Positions 1 to 10,034 of a DNA stretch of 64,000 nt are shown here, one piece after another. The notes beneath the pieces were generated by a model. The model saw nothing but the letters and a program-made list of their open reading frames with translations. It had not been told where the DNA came from and made no database searches. The stretch is from Candidatus Latescibacterota bacterium (GTDB lineage: Bacteria > Latescibacterota > UBA2968 > UBA8231): the NCBI GenBank assembly GCA_965203355.1, contig OZ241889.1:3040001-3104000 (forward strand), in the 5' to 3' direction. Each line of letters opens with the position of its first letter. Positions within the stretch are counted from its first letter, which is position 1. The position numbers were made by a program, and so were the translations under genes.

Positions 1-2808
1 TTCATCAGGCGATTTTCTGCTTGCAAAGCCTAACCATTCGGAAAACAAGATACGGTGGAACCATTCGCGTAAGGCATGTATTGTGGTTTCTTCCTCTACA
101 TACGTGAGTTGCTCTGTCTTTCTCGCCAACCTTATGGCCTCAGACAGCAATTCATCCATTTCAATATTTGACAAAAAAAGCGAACCAATAAGCCGCAGAG
201 TAATCGCCTTTAAGTGCTGACTCTCTAGAAGACCGCTTTCGTGTAGTGCCAATTTCAAGGGCAAATCTGGATTGAGTTCCTTGGCCAAACTCTCAATTCG
301 CCTATCCCCAATTGCATTATTTTGCAAACGATCAAAGATGGAGACTTCAACAGGTTTTGCCATCCCTTCTTTATGAGCGAGAGCCATCCCTGGAGAAAGT
401 TGGTTCAGATAACGACACTCGTTTTCTTCCAATCCCAACCCCGTACCAACGGCGATCTGGTCGTCGAGCGAAACAAGCCTGTGAATAATTTTTGTATTGG
501 TGTTCTTGATCACATCAGGGGCGATCTTGGTCGGAATCTGCTCTGCAACAATCACGCCTTGGCCATAGGATCGCATCTCAGCGATGAGATTACAGAAAGA
601 CTCCACGGCCTTCCCTTTGGGATTGCCAAGCATCTCATTGGTCCGCTCGGTTTGGACGTTTTTGAGCAGTCGGTGCGCTTCTTCAATCACTAAAATGTGG
701 CGCAGATCATCACTGGAACTTAGCTCGGTCTGACGAGCCAAAGATTGTCGGTACTCGCTCACGAGAGCGAGTATCAAACCCACAAAAAATGCCTTATCAT
801 CATCATCGGAAAGCGATTCGAGTTCAAGCACGATGTTCTTACTTAGAAAGTCCTCTATATCAATTGCCTCATGAGTGTTAAAGAGAAACCCTTTAGCACC
901 CACGGCCAATGATTCGAGGCGAGCGACAATCGCACTGCGGATATTGTCCTGCAACTCCCCTTTGTATTCCAATTCCTCTTTGACGTACCGATTGACCTCA
1001 TCGACCAAATTTCTAATCGTGGGAAATTTGAAGCGGTGTTGCCGACAATCCGCAAAGGTTTCCATTGTTACGGAATGGTGCTTGCCAGTCGTGAGATTCC
1101 AGCCACGCTCTCGGTAGATGTTGTAGATACATTTTTCTAGTATATAGGGCATGGGGCCATAAAGTGAGAAGCTGGCGTAAAAGATGGACTTGAGGTTGTC
1201 GATGTGCGTGATCAGCGACACCCCGGGCAGTACCATAAAGGGATTGTGGCGTATCGGTGCGACACCAGAGTCTCCAACCGTATAGACATTCAACTTGTCG
1301 TCGTATTTATTCTTAGCCAATAACCTGCGGTATTCACGCTTAGCGGATTCAATTACTAAGAATGGCGTATCAATGCAGTCCAGAATGCGCTTAACAGTCG
1401 TTGTTTTTCCAGATCCGGTGAGACCAGCAACGAAAATGTGTTTTCGGATATCGTCTTCTGATATTGTAAATTTAGAGTCTTTTACAATTCTACTGTGTTC
1501 GGCAATACGACCAATTGGATACCCTGATCGATCTATTGTATCTGTCAGGCTTAATACAGGTTTGACGCGAATATCGTAGCCGGGCACAGAATAAAGAGGC
1601 GGTGCCATGAGCAGCGCGGCTTCATCGCTCGACACAAGGGAGACCAGTTTGTTCCTAGCTGTAGAAGATTTTTCATCCCCCTTCTTGGGAATAAAAAGCG
1701 GAATCTCTTTTGATAGTCGACTAGAGACATTTCGTATCGGCAGAGCTTCGGGATCACCCTTGATGAGTTCTCCTGCTAGCGTACCAGATAATATCTTCGA
1801 AGCCGTAGGAGATGTAGTCGCATAGGTGATAAAACTTTCCCAAGTTCCAGTGTTGAGGCCCTTTCGCAATCGAGTGATCAATTTATCTGCGATATTTTCC
1901 AGCTCCATCGCAAGAGTATTTTGCTGTTCATAAGAAAGACTTTGACCAATACTCTCTGACCAGCCCTTAGTATCTGTTTGTGAACGACTTGAGGAATGGG
2001 ACGTTACTCCGCCTTTAAAATACCTAATAGCCCGCAATAATATATTGCGATTACTTGACTCACCCTCTGTTATTTGATCCGTACGGCTCTGATTTACACC
2101 TCTATTCTCATCAAAACCAATAGTCCTGTTTGCCAGAGCGTGGCAGCGATCTTTTAGTTCCATCAATTCGTGAATTTGTTGTACCACCTTGTACTTATCA
2201 ACTGGGCGAGAGACAATAGCCAAGAGAAACTCCTGACCATTCATACTCCTTATCACCGAAGTGAGATCAAAAACCTGCTTTTCTCCCTCTATTTTCTGCG
2301 TCGGGATACCTGTGAGGATGCCACCGTCTGTCTTTGTTCTTAGTCTATTTTTTATAATTCTCTCTCTCGACTCATCCAAAAATTTGATGCCTTTTCCAGG
2401 GTAGTTCCCCTGTACTTGTTCGCTAAATACATTCTTCACGTCATCAGGGCCGCTGACGCCAAGGAAAATGTCAACAGTACCACCACCTTTTCCCGAAATG
2501 ATCGTTGTAAGCGTATCGTAACCGGACTGGTAAGCAGCAATAATCACAGCTTGATGTCTTTTATAGATCACATCAGCCACGTCCTGAGTATCTACGGAGA
2601 CAGAAACTTCTTCAATGTGAAATAAAAAAATTGAATCGAGAAAGCTATCGATGTGATCGCAGTTCTGTATAGTGTCCTCTGCCAAGAGGTCCATATGTTC
2701 TGAGTCTATGGTCCAAGGTAGAAGCGCGGAGAAAATTTCGTTGAGTTCTTCTGCTCCTTCTTTTATGTGTTGGATATTTTGTCTATCAGAGGCTAATGTA
2801 TCATCCAT
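1..2808 (-). CDS. HerA/FtsK-like (DUF87) P-loop ATPase, 3' end beyond left window edge
   Basis: Absent from the ORF track because it has no stop in the window. ATG at 2808 (MDDTLASDRQ...). In-frame Walker A HIFVAGLTGSGKTTT near 1440-1396, Walker B HILVIEEAHRLL near 700-663, then AEMRSYGQGVIVAEQIPTKIAPDVIKNTNTKIIHRL, typical of HerA/DUF87 ATPases. Confidence 0.85.
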   Translation of the reverse strand, partial: MDDTLASDRQNIQHIKEGAEELNEIFSALLPWTIDSEHMDLLAEDTIQNCDHIDSFLDSIFLFHIEEVSVSVDTQDVADVIYKRHQAVIIAAYQSGYDTLTTIISGKGGGTVDIFLGVSGPDDVKNVFSEQVQGNYPGKGIKFLDESRERIIKNRLRTKTDGGILTGIPTQKIEGEKQVFDLTSVIRSMNGQEFLLAIVSRPVDKYKVVQQIHELMELKDRCHALANRTIGFDENRGVNQSRTDQITEGESSNRNILLRAIRYFKGGVTSHSSSRSQTDTKGWSESIGQSLSYEQQNTLAMELENIADKLITRLRKGLNTGTWESFITYATTSPTASKILSGTLAGELIKGDPEALPIRNVSSRLSKEIPLFIPKKGDEKSSTARNKLVSLVSSDEAALLMAPPLYSVPGYDIRVKPVLSLTDTIDRSGYPIGRIAEHSRIVKDSKFTISEDDIRKHIFVAGLTGSGKTTTVKRILDCIDTPFLVIESAKREYRRLLAKNKYDDKLNVYTVGDSGVAPIRHNPFMVLPGVSLITHIDNLKSIFYASFSLYGPMPYILEKCIYNIYRERGWNLTTGKHHSVTMETFADCRQHRFKFPTIRNLVDEVNRYVKEELEYKGELQDNIRSAIVARLESLAVGAKGFLFNTHEAIDIEDFLSKNIVLELESLSDDDDKAFFVGLILALVSEYRQSLARQTELSSSDDLRHILVIEEAHRLLKNVQTERTNEMLGNPKGKAVESFCNLIAEMRSYGQGVIVAEQIPTKIAPDVIKNTNTKIIHRLVSLDDQIAVGTGLGLEENECRYLNQLSPGMALAHKEGMAKPVEVSIFDRLQNNAIGDRRIESLAKELNPDLPLKLALHESGLLESQHLKAITLRLIGSLFLSNIEMDELLSEAIRLARKTEQLTYVEEETTIHALREWFHRILFSEWLGFASRKSPDE

Positions 2809-2846
2809 ATTTCCACCGTCTTTTGTAGATCGTGTTGATGTTTCTT

Positions 2847-3485
2847 CTACGTCTGTTTTTCTGGTCTTACTTCGTCAAAAAGGGACACATATTCATCAAC
2901 AATCTTCTGGGCTTGGCTCTTGTACTTTCCTGCGATCTCATCAAGATATGCTTCCAACTGCTCAAAAACCTCTTTCTTGTTGCGTTTATCTACAACTTGT
3001 GGTAGGACGAAAAACATACCTGCCGCCGCAACGACAATACCAACTCCGGCAACAACGACGCCAGAATCCAGCTTAGGATACGAAAAAATGCCATGAATAA
3101 TACCTCCGATACCTGCGGCAGCAACGACACCAGAGGCCAGCTTGACATGCTTCTTCTTGGGCCAAACCTTCGGAGAAAAAGTGCCCATATCACTAATACG
3201 CGACGAGACTTTTTCTCGAATGCTCGCGTCATAATACCTGTTCTGATCGACTGGCTCCCAGTCCGAAATTTCCTCACGTGCATCCTTGTCCAGATACGTC
3301 AGCAAGGTTGTCTGTACAACACCGTTGCTATTCTCGATGCGAGCAATTAGCTCTCTGGAGATCCGAAATTCATACGTTTCGCCTTCCATGTTCCCTTTCG
3401 AATCAAGATCACGGAAATATGTCCTGATCTCTTGAATCAGATCTTCTATATCAGAGGATATTTTTTTTGAGTGGTCTAGTTTCAT
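2847..3485 (-). CDS. hypothetical membrane protein with two adjacent hydrophobic helices
   Basis: ATG at 3485 overlaps the dynamin stop (ATGA). Two Gly/Ala-rich hydrophobic segments: LASGVVAAAGIGGIIHGIF and GVVVAGVGIVVAAAGMFFVL. Confidence 0.7.
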   Translation of the reverse strand: MKLDHSKKISSDIEDLIQEIRTYFRDLDSKGNMEGETYEFRISRELIARIENSNGVVQTTLLTYLDKDAREEISDWEPVDQNRYYDASIREKVSSRISDMGTFSPKVWPKKKHVKLASGVVAAAGIGGIIHGIFSYPKLDSGVVVAGVGIVVAAAGMFFVLPQVVDKRNKKEVFEQLEAYLDEIAGKYKSQAQKIVDEYVSLFDEVRPEKQT

Positions 3486-5575
3486 CTCAAATCTCCTTTG
3501 ACCTTTTTGCATCTTTGTATGCTGTCTAAGGTTTCTTTTTTTTTCAATTCAAGGTGTGAAATATCTTCTTTTAATTCTTCATTATTTTTTTTATTTCTTT
3601 TAAGATTTTCCATATACCTTTTTCGTTTTGAAAGTTCTCCACCGAATTCTCTCTTATATATGTCATAGAAATTGTTTATCATATCATTGATATTTTTCTG
3701 AATATCTTTCTCTAGTTGGTTTAAATGGTTTGTAAAATCTACTTTTAGATTATTCCATAGTTTTTTTGGTACGGATTTTTCTATCTTCATTTTCTTCTCT
3801 TGATTTTCCGCTTCTCTTATTAAGTAAGATATTCCAAGTGTAAAAATATCCCAAAAACTAAATGAGACGCCCTCTTCATCTTCGAATACTCTCAATTGTT
3901 CATCCTTATCACTTAGTGACTTCCTCATGGCTTTATCCCATATACTGTCCAAACTGATTTTTGGTACCGTTATGGAATAATCACCTTGTACTTCAATATC
4001 TCTATCTTCTACTATTTGTTTAAAATCTATCTGAAGTGAATCAATGAATTCTTTCATTCTATCGCTAAAATCGGCTCTCGATCTTTCCATATAAGATTTC
4101 ATTTGGTCTTCTATATGATCGCAGTTGAAATTAAATTCTTTTTGGTTTATTTCAGAAATGTATCCTTTTACTATCTGATGGATTTTATAGTAACATTTGC
4201 TATTCTTATCAGAAGCATAAAATTTTTCCCTTAGTTCAGTTATGAACCGATTATAATCAAGCTCCATTTTCTCCATTTCATCTGTCTGTTCCTTTATTTT
4301 TGATACGAAAGACTGAGGATATTCATACTTCTCTTTTAGGGGTTTTATCTTTGCGTCAATTCTATCGCAAAGAACTTCATATTGTCCTTTCATCCTCTCG
4401 GCAAATTGCTGCATTTGAATAGAAGCCGAATTCTGTGCGTCTTTCTTAATTCTTTCTCGAATCGGATCAAAGTTCGCCTGCTCTTCTAGTAACTTTAAAA
4501 ATTCATTACGGTCCCCGTCTGCATCCTCAAAGCAATTAGCCGTTATACGCTTTATTTTTTGATCTTCCTTGCGAACAGCTTTAACTTCGTCTATCGATTT
4601 GCAACAATAGAGAGACTCTCGTAGACACAACTCCGTCAGACTGTCTACAAAAAAGACGTTATTCGATCCGAGTTCAGGATAGTAATCGCAGGTTGCCTCC
4701 AACATTCTCTCGGCTGATTCCTCAGATTGGCTTCTATGAGTCAAGACCAGTATCAAACGCTCCTTGACCCTTTCGGGTAGTACATTATCCAAAGCATTGC
4801 GAAGTGCAGTACTCTCTTGTTGTCCTGCTTTGTGCAAATAGATAACCGCATCGGCTCGAAAGAGGAAATCCTTGGTTTGCTCTTCTATCCCACCAATCGC
4901 GTTGATCCCAGGTGTATCCACCATCCTGAAGTGCCTTAAATTAGAAGGGGTACGTGGATGACCGAGCGCAATCTTTTGCGGGATCTCAGCACAGGCAATG
5001 TTTTTCTTAATATACTCGCGGATTTTACCTGCAAATTCCCCCGCATCCAACCTGTGCGGATTCTCAAGGTTCGAATTGGCAATAAAATGCTCCAACTCTC
5101 CGTCCTTAAACACTGCCCTCCCCGCCTTTTTGCTGTAGTGCTCAGTCAAAAACCTGTTGACTTGAACGATTGGGATAGCACGATATTCCTCTTTGACCGC
5201 AGCGATATTTTTCAAAAAAGGTACCAATTCATTTTCGGGAGTCTTTAGATCGTCCTCAGCAACACGCTCCCCGCCATTAGCAAAAGTTACGCGAACTTCC
5301 TTTTTCTCGGATTTGTAAATTTCAATGATCTCAGAGGTCGCTTGCAGTGCGTCATACGGCAAAATAGCCTCTTCGAGCAAGGCATTGATGAAGGTCGATT
5401 TACCTGATTTCACCTCGCCCACAAACGCCAGCATAAACTTCTCTGCCGCGATATTCTCTTGCATTTCCTTAAGCCCTAGATCAACCTCATCCTCCGCTTC
5501 GTCGAAGGCTTCACATAAAGGCTTATAGAGGTCTAACAAAACCCGCCGATGTATTTCAAGTTGTGCGTAATCCAT
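3482..5575 (-). CDS. bacterial dynamin-like GTPase
   Basis: G1 FVGEVKSGKSTFINALL, G3 VDTPG, long helical C-terminal stalk, AGGAGG RBS, AT-rich. Confidence 0.85.
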   Translation of the reverse strand: MDYAQLEIHRRVLLDLYKPLCEAFDEAEDEVDLGLKEMQENIAAEKFMLAFVGEVKSGKSTFINALLEEAILPYDALQATSEIIEIYKSEKKEVRVTFANGGERVAEDDLKTPENELVPFLKNIAAVKEEYRAIPIVQVNRFLTEHYSKKAGRAVFKDGELEHFIANSNLENPHRLDAGEFAGKIREYIKKNIACAEIPQKIALGHPRTPSNLRHFRMVDTPGINAIGGIEEQTKDFLFRADAVIYLHKAGQQESTALRNALDNVLPERVKERLILVLTHRSQSEESAERMLEATCDYYPELGSNNVFFVDSLTELCLRESLYCCKSIDEVKAVRKEDQKIKRITANCFEDADGDRNEFLKLLEEQANFDPIRERIKKDAQNSASIQMQQFAERMKGQYEVLCDRIDAKIKPLKEKYEYPQSFVSKIKEQTDEMEKMELDYNRFITELREKFYASDKNSKCYYKIHQIVKGYISEINQKEFNFNCDHIEDQMKSYMERSRADFSDRMKEFIDSLQIDFKQIVEDRDIEVQGDYSITVPKISLDSIWDKAMRKSLSDKDEQLRVFEDEEGVSFSFWDIFTLGISYLIREAENQEKKMKIEKSVPKKLWNNLKVDFTNHLNQLEKDIQKNINDMINNFYDIYKREFGGELSKRKRYMENLKRNKKNNEELKEDISHLELKKKETLDSIQRCKKVKGDLR

Positions 5576-5635
5576 TGCCTAATTACCTCCTAAAGAACGT
5601 ACTTATTGTGCTGCGGTGGTCCGAAAGCGACTTTA

Positions 5636-5664
5636 ATTTTATAAATTGGCCGTCTAGAAGTCAA
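5636..5664 (-). promoter_or_regulatory. sigma70-type promoter of the dynamin operon
   Basis: Minus strand reads TTGACT-17 nt-TAAAAT about 60 nt upstream of the ATG. Confidence 0.6.
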
Positions 5665-5674
5665 TAGCCCCACC

Positions 5675-6430
5675 TCACCCCTTCCCTCCCTTCACACTCC
5701 ACACTGACCCGGTAGTATACGTATTCCGCTCCGAGCACAAAAACTCAATCACCTCGGCCACCTCCTCGGCATCTGAGTAGCGTCCGATCGGGTTGCCCGG
5801 ATCGCGCAAATGCTGCTCGTCAAAACGCGACACCACCATGTCGGTCAGTGCCCGCCCCGGCTCGACGCCGTTGACGAACACCCCCTGCCGCGGCCAAGCG
5901 TCACCCAGCGCCCGAATAAACGACCACACCGCCCCCTTGGATACCGAATACGGCACCTGATAGGTACTGCCGTTGCGCGCACCCGAAGAAATCGTCACGC
6001 AGCGCCCCCACCCCTGTTCAAGCATATGCGGGATCGCCGCCTGATGCGCGTAGTACACCCCGTGGACATTGATCTGCATGACCTTGGCAAACTGCGCGGC
6101 CGTCTGCTCGAAAAACGGCTTCTCCCACCCCAAGATACCGGCGCAGCACACGAGGATGTCCAGCCGCCCAAAAGCCGCCATCGCTTGGGCTACGGCCGCG
6201 TGTACCTGCCCCTCGTCGGTCACGTCCGTCTCGACAAAGAGGGCCTGCTGCCCCATCGCCTCGATCGCCCGCACCCTATCCTGCGCTGGTTCGGCCTGTA
6301 CATCGACAATGACAATATGTCGCCCGGCCTCGGCCAAGCGCAGCGCGGTCGCCCCGCCAATACCACACGCACCCCCCGTAATCAGGGCTACCCGCTGCTC
6401 CACCGGTGCTGCAAATCGCAAATGTGCCAT
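5675..6430 (-). CDS. SDR family NAD(P)-dependent oxidoreductase
   Basis: TGGACGIG Rossmann motif and YxxxK (YSVSK). Start MAHLRF at 6430 follows a GGAGAGGG RBS. Confidence 0.9.
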   Translation of the reverse strand: MAHLRFAAPVEQRVALITGGACGIGGATALRLAEAGRHIVIVDVQAEPAQDRVRAIEAMGQQALFVETDVTDEGQVHAAVAQAMAAFGRLDILVCCAGILGWEKPFFEQTAAQFAKVMQINVHGVYYAHQAAIPHMLEQGWGRCVTISSGARNGSTYQVPYSVSKGAVWSFIRALGDAWPRQGVFVNGVEPGRALTDMVVSRFDEQHLRDPGNPIGRYSDAEEVAEVIEFLCSERNTYTTGSVWSVKGGKG

Positions 6431-6526
6431 ACGACCCTCTCCTTGCTTGCGCGGTCGCGCAGTTTTCAATAAATAAGCTACTTATCGCTACTAAGGACCC
6501 TTTACGATATATACGGAGCATCAAAA

Positions 6527-7654
6527 ATGAAAATCGCCCAGATCGAATCCTTCCTAATCGGCAACGGCTACATCGTCCGCATTACCACCGACACTGGCCT
6601 GACCGGCATCGGCCAAACCGCCTGCTGGGGCTATCCCACCGCCGTGCAGAGCATCGTCGACGTCTTCAAAGAATACCTCATCGGCCAAAATCCCCTCCGC
6701 ATCGAACACCACTGGCAGCACCTCTACCGCATGGCCCCCTTCCGGGGCACGGCCATCATGGGTGCTGTCTCAGCCGTGGACATCGCTCTGTGGGACATCA
6801 AGGGCAAGCACTTCGAGGTCCCGGTGTGGGAGCTGTTGGGCGGCAACGTCCGCGATAAGATCCGCCTGCACCTGCTGTCTGGAGGCCGCACCCCAGCGGA
6901 CCTGTCTAACGCCGCCCAAACCGCTGTTGCCGAGGGTTTCACCGCCATCAAGTTCGACCCCATAACCACCGACTGCCACGACAAAGGCCAAGCGCGCCTG
7001 ATCCAAACCGCCGTCGAACTGACGGCGGCGGCGCGCCAAGCCGGCGGCCCGGATTTGGACTTGATCGTCGAGTTGCACCGCAAGCTGACGCCCATGATCT
7101 CCTTGGCCCTGGCCGAGGCCCTCAAGCCCTTCCACGTCTTCTTCCTCGAAGACCCGATCCAAATCGACAGCATCTCGGCCCAAGCCCATATCGCGCAAAA
7201 ATCTACCGTGCCCTTCGGCAATGGCGAGCGCTTTGTGTCTATATGGGAATTCCGCGAGTTGTTGGAGCAAGGGGGTCCCCAGTATTTGCGACCGGATGTG
7301 GCCTTGGCCGGCGGTATCTCGCACTGTAAAAAAATTGCCGCCATCGGCGAAGCCTATCACTGCGCGGTAGTAACCCACAACTTTTTGGGGCCGCTGGTCA
7401 CCGCTGCTTCCCTGCACCTCGACGCCTCAATTCCCAACTTTATCACCCAAGAATACACCAAAGGCGACGAAGCCCCACACAACGCGGTCTATCGGTGCGC
7501 GTATAAACGCGAGGGCGGGTACATCCCGATCCCGCAAGCCCCGGGCCTCGGCGTGGAGCTAGACGATGCGTTGATCGCGCAAACGCCCTACAAACCCATC
7601 AACAACGCCTCCACGCCGCTGCGCACCGACGGCTCGGTATCCTATGCCGTATGA
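6527..7654 (+). CDS. mandelate racemase/muconate lactonizing family enolase (galactonate dehydratase-like)
   Basis: SAVDIALWDIKGK, KFD, ELH, EDP, GER and HN motifs of the DgoD-like subgroup. Confidence 0.85.
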   Translation: MKIAQIESFLIGNGYIVRITTDTGLTGIGQTACWGYPTAVQSIVDVFKEYLIGQNPLRIEHHWQHLYRMAPFRGTAIMGAVSAVDIALWDIKGKHFEVPVWELLGGNVRDKIRLHLLSGGRTPADLSNAAQTAVAEGFTAIKFDPITTDCHDKGQARLIQTAVELTAAARQAGGPDLDLIVELHRKLTPMISLALAEALKPFHVFFLEDPIQIDSISAQAHIAQKSTVPFGNGERFVSIWEFRELLEQGGPQYLRPDVALAGGISHCKKIAAIGEAYHCAVVTHNFLGPLVTAASLHLDASIPNFITQEYTKGDEAPHNAVYRCAYKREGGYIPIPQAPGLGVELDDALIAQTPYKPINNASTPLRTDGSVSYAV

Positions 7655-7715
7655 GCAAAAGGCCGCCTGACCTCCCGCCCATACCGACGACCACCATCCT
7701 AACACAGGAGGTCCC

Positions 7716-8363
7716 ATGCAGGTCCTAATTTTGTCCGGCCCGAATCATCAGTTTGCGGCCAGTGCCCCGGTCATTCACGAGTTTTTGCAGGCGCACGACG
7801 ATCTGTCCGTCGCGCTTGACGACGACAAGGACGTGTTAGCGTCAGCTAGGCTGCGCGATTTCGATGTGCTGGTCCACGGCACCGGCTTTACGCGGGCTGA
7901 GCGGCGGGCAGACGGCACCGTGCAGCACGTGCCCGAGCTGACGCCCGCACAAGAAGCCGGGGTGTTTGATTTTGTCGCCGGTGGCAAAGGGTGGGTCGGC
8001 ATCCACGGCACCGCGTGGTGTATTGGCGGCAAAGCCGTTGATCTGATCGGCGGTCACGCCAACTGGCACCCGCCGGGCTCGGCCTTCACCGTCTCCATTA
8101 GCGATGGCAATCATCCCGTTACGCACGGCGTACCGGACTTTGACGTGGAAGACGAGATTTACATGTCGGCGTGGGATCCGGCCATCCGCATCTTGGCCAC
8201 CGCCGAGTGGAGCGGCCAGCAGCATCCCTTAGCATGGGTCAAGTCGTACGGCCTAGGGCGCGTGTTTTACACGGCGTTGGGACACGGCCCGGGCACATTT
8301 GCGCGCCTAAGTATGCAGCAGATGATCACGCAAGGCGTGCGGTGGGCCGGGGAAAACTCATAA
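7716..8363 (+). CDS. ThuA domain-containing protein
   Basis: GKGWVGIHG, HPVTHG..FDVEDEIY, GRVFYTALGH motifs. AGGAGG RBS. Confidence 0.85.
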   Translation: MQVLILSGPNHQFAASAPVIHEFLQAHDDLSVALDDDKDVLASARLRDFDVLVHGTGFTRAERRADGTVQHVPELTPAQEAGVFDFVAGGKGWVGIHGTAWCIGGKAVDLIGGHANWHPPGSAFTVSISDGNHPVTHGVPDFDVEDEIYMSAWDPAIRILATAEWSGQQHPLAWVKSYGLGRVFYTALGHGPGTFARLSMQQMITQGVRWAGENS

Positions 8364-10034
8364 AAACCCATCCTTCGCATCCGACCACTGCCCGCAGCGT
8401 ATTTCCAAGGTCCGCACTACCGGCGTCCGCAGGGCGATGAGCACCCGCAGACGCCCCTCGTCAATCTCGCTATTGCGCATCCGCCACATGGTGTGCTCCA
8501 TAGCCCCCGGGCCTATGCGGATGGCGTCGCCGCCCATCCGGTAGAGCGCATAGCCCGCTTTGAGAAAAACCGCCTGCCCAGCACAGCCCTCGACGAGTGC
8601 GCTGTCCATCTCCAAGGTGCCGCCCGGCTCAAAGATCCCTTCAATCTGAAAGGGCACCCCATCAACGCCGCCTGTGGTGCGGATATGGAGATCAAAACCA
8701 CCGGCCACCTCCTCGGCGTACAACTCGACTTCCAGCGGCGGCAGTTCATACGTCGCCCGTCGCCCTCGCACCTCGCGCCAGTTTTGCGCCTGCACCCGCT
8801 CGGCAATCGGCAGCCAGTAGATTCCCCCTACGTAGTCCCTTTCTGGGTAAATGCGGTTGCGGCCCTTGTGCTGCATCCGCACCCCTTTGTCGGCTTCGGC
8901 AAACTCTTCACCGACAAATTGTCCAGTGGCGAAATAGGTCGATGATATTTTCACCGCTGCCAGTTCGGCCTGCCCGCAAACCACGCTAAAAGGCGCGGTC
9001 AAACCCGCAGCAGCCGTAGCACTCACCGCTCCCCGACGCACCCGCCACAAGCCGGAAGTGGGATAGACGCGGCTATAGCTTTGGGGCAAAGGCGTCCGCT
9101 CTATACACGTCGTGCGCCACTCAGGATGCAGGACGTAGTTCGGCAGGCAGACCAAACCGCTGCCGCCGCACGCGACCAACCAGTCGGCCACGGCGGCGTA
9201 AAAACCATGGCCGTCTAAATGGGCCAAGGCGTGATAGCCATCGGCCAAACCAGTGGGTACGGCGCGCGTATCCCGGTCTTGGCGCGTGGAAATGCTGGTC
9301 ACCGCCGTGGCGTCGGCGTGGAGGAGATGGTAGGACCAATCCAAGTTGCGCCGCACGGGCTCCAGCAGATCGGGCCGGTCGAGCACCTGCGCTGCGCGGA
9401 TTAAGGCGCGATTGACCACCGCATTGTACACGCCCGTGCTCCGCTCGCTGTACTCGCCATCGGCGTTGACATCAATGCCTTCGCCGAGGTACGCATCTAC
9501 CGTCTCGCTCACCGCGAGTTCTGGATAGAGTGCTTGGGCTTGGGCCAAGGCGGCGACCAGCACCCAGCGGTGATTGGGCGTGTGGAAACCGCCAGCGACC
9601 ATGCCCGGGGCTCCGGTTTGTATCAACTCGCCTAGGGCTTCGGCGATGGCCGCGGCTCCAGCGTCATCTGTAGCCTGCTGCCGCGCGGCAAATACGACCG
9701 GCGCGATGGCCTGTACCACAAAGCCTGTATCCGGGGCGGAGTCGAAATTGGTGGTCAGTAAGTCGAAGCAACCTGACGGGTTCCGCTGCCGACGAGCAAA
9801 CGCGGCGGCCAACAGGATCCGCTGTACGAGCATTTCGCTGCGGTAGTGGCGCGACTCGGGCAGGAGATAGGCGTAGCCAAGCGACGCGACCGCGCTGATG
9901 CTTTGCGAACCCACCAGCCGGTCGCGGTCGATAAAGCCGCCGCAATAGGGGTTTTCCGCGTCCAGCACTTGGCGCGTCAGCACGCCCTCGATCTGCTGGT
10001 CTAGTTCGCCGACGAGCGGCGCGTACGCGATCAT
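8358..10034 (-). CDS. conserved hypothetical protein, possibly alpha-toroid / heparinase II/III-like carbohydrate-active
   Basis: 558-aa ORF with GGFHTPNHRW and DGEYSERSTGVYN segments. Start overlaps the upstream oxidoreductase stop. Confidence 0.65.
   Translation of the reverse strand: MIAYAPLVGELDQQIEGVLTRQVLDAENPYCGGFIDRDRLVGSQSISAVASLGYAYLLPESRHYRSEMLVQRILLAAAFARRQRNPSGCFDLLTTNFDSAPDTGFVVQAIAPVVFAARQQATDDAGAAAIAEALGELIQTGAPGMVAGGFHTPNHRWVLVAALAQAQALYPELAVSETVDAYLGEGIDVNADGEYSERSTGVYNAVVNRALIRAAQVLDRPDLLEPVRRNLDWSYHLLHADATAVTSISTRQDRDTRAVPTGLADGYHALAHLDGHGFYAAVADWLVACGGSGLVCLPNYVLHPEWRTTCIERTPLPQSYSRVYPTSGLWRVRRGAVSATAAAGLTAPFSVVCGQAELAAVKISSTYFATGQFVGEEFAEADKGVRMQHKGRNRIYPERDYVGGIYWLPIAERVQAQNWREVRGRRATYELPPLEVELYAEEVAGGFDLHIRTTGGVDGVPFQIEGIFEPGGTLEMDSALVEGCAGQAVFLKAGYALYRMGGDAIRIGPGAMEHTMWRMRNSEIDEGRLRVLIALRTPVVRTLEIRCGQWSDAKDGFL

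Noticed and set aside
322-2625. Short ORFs on both strands in the first 2.8 kb
   Set aside because: Shadows of the long minus-strand ATPase frame that runs off the window.
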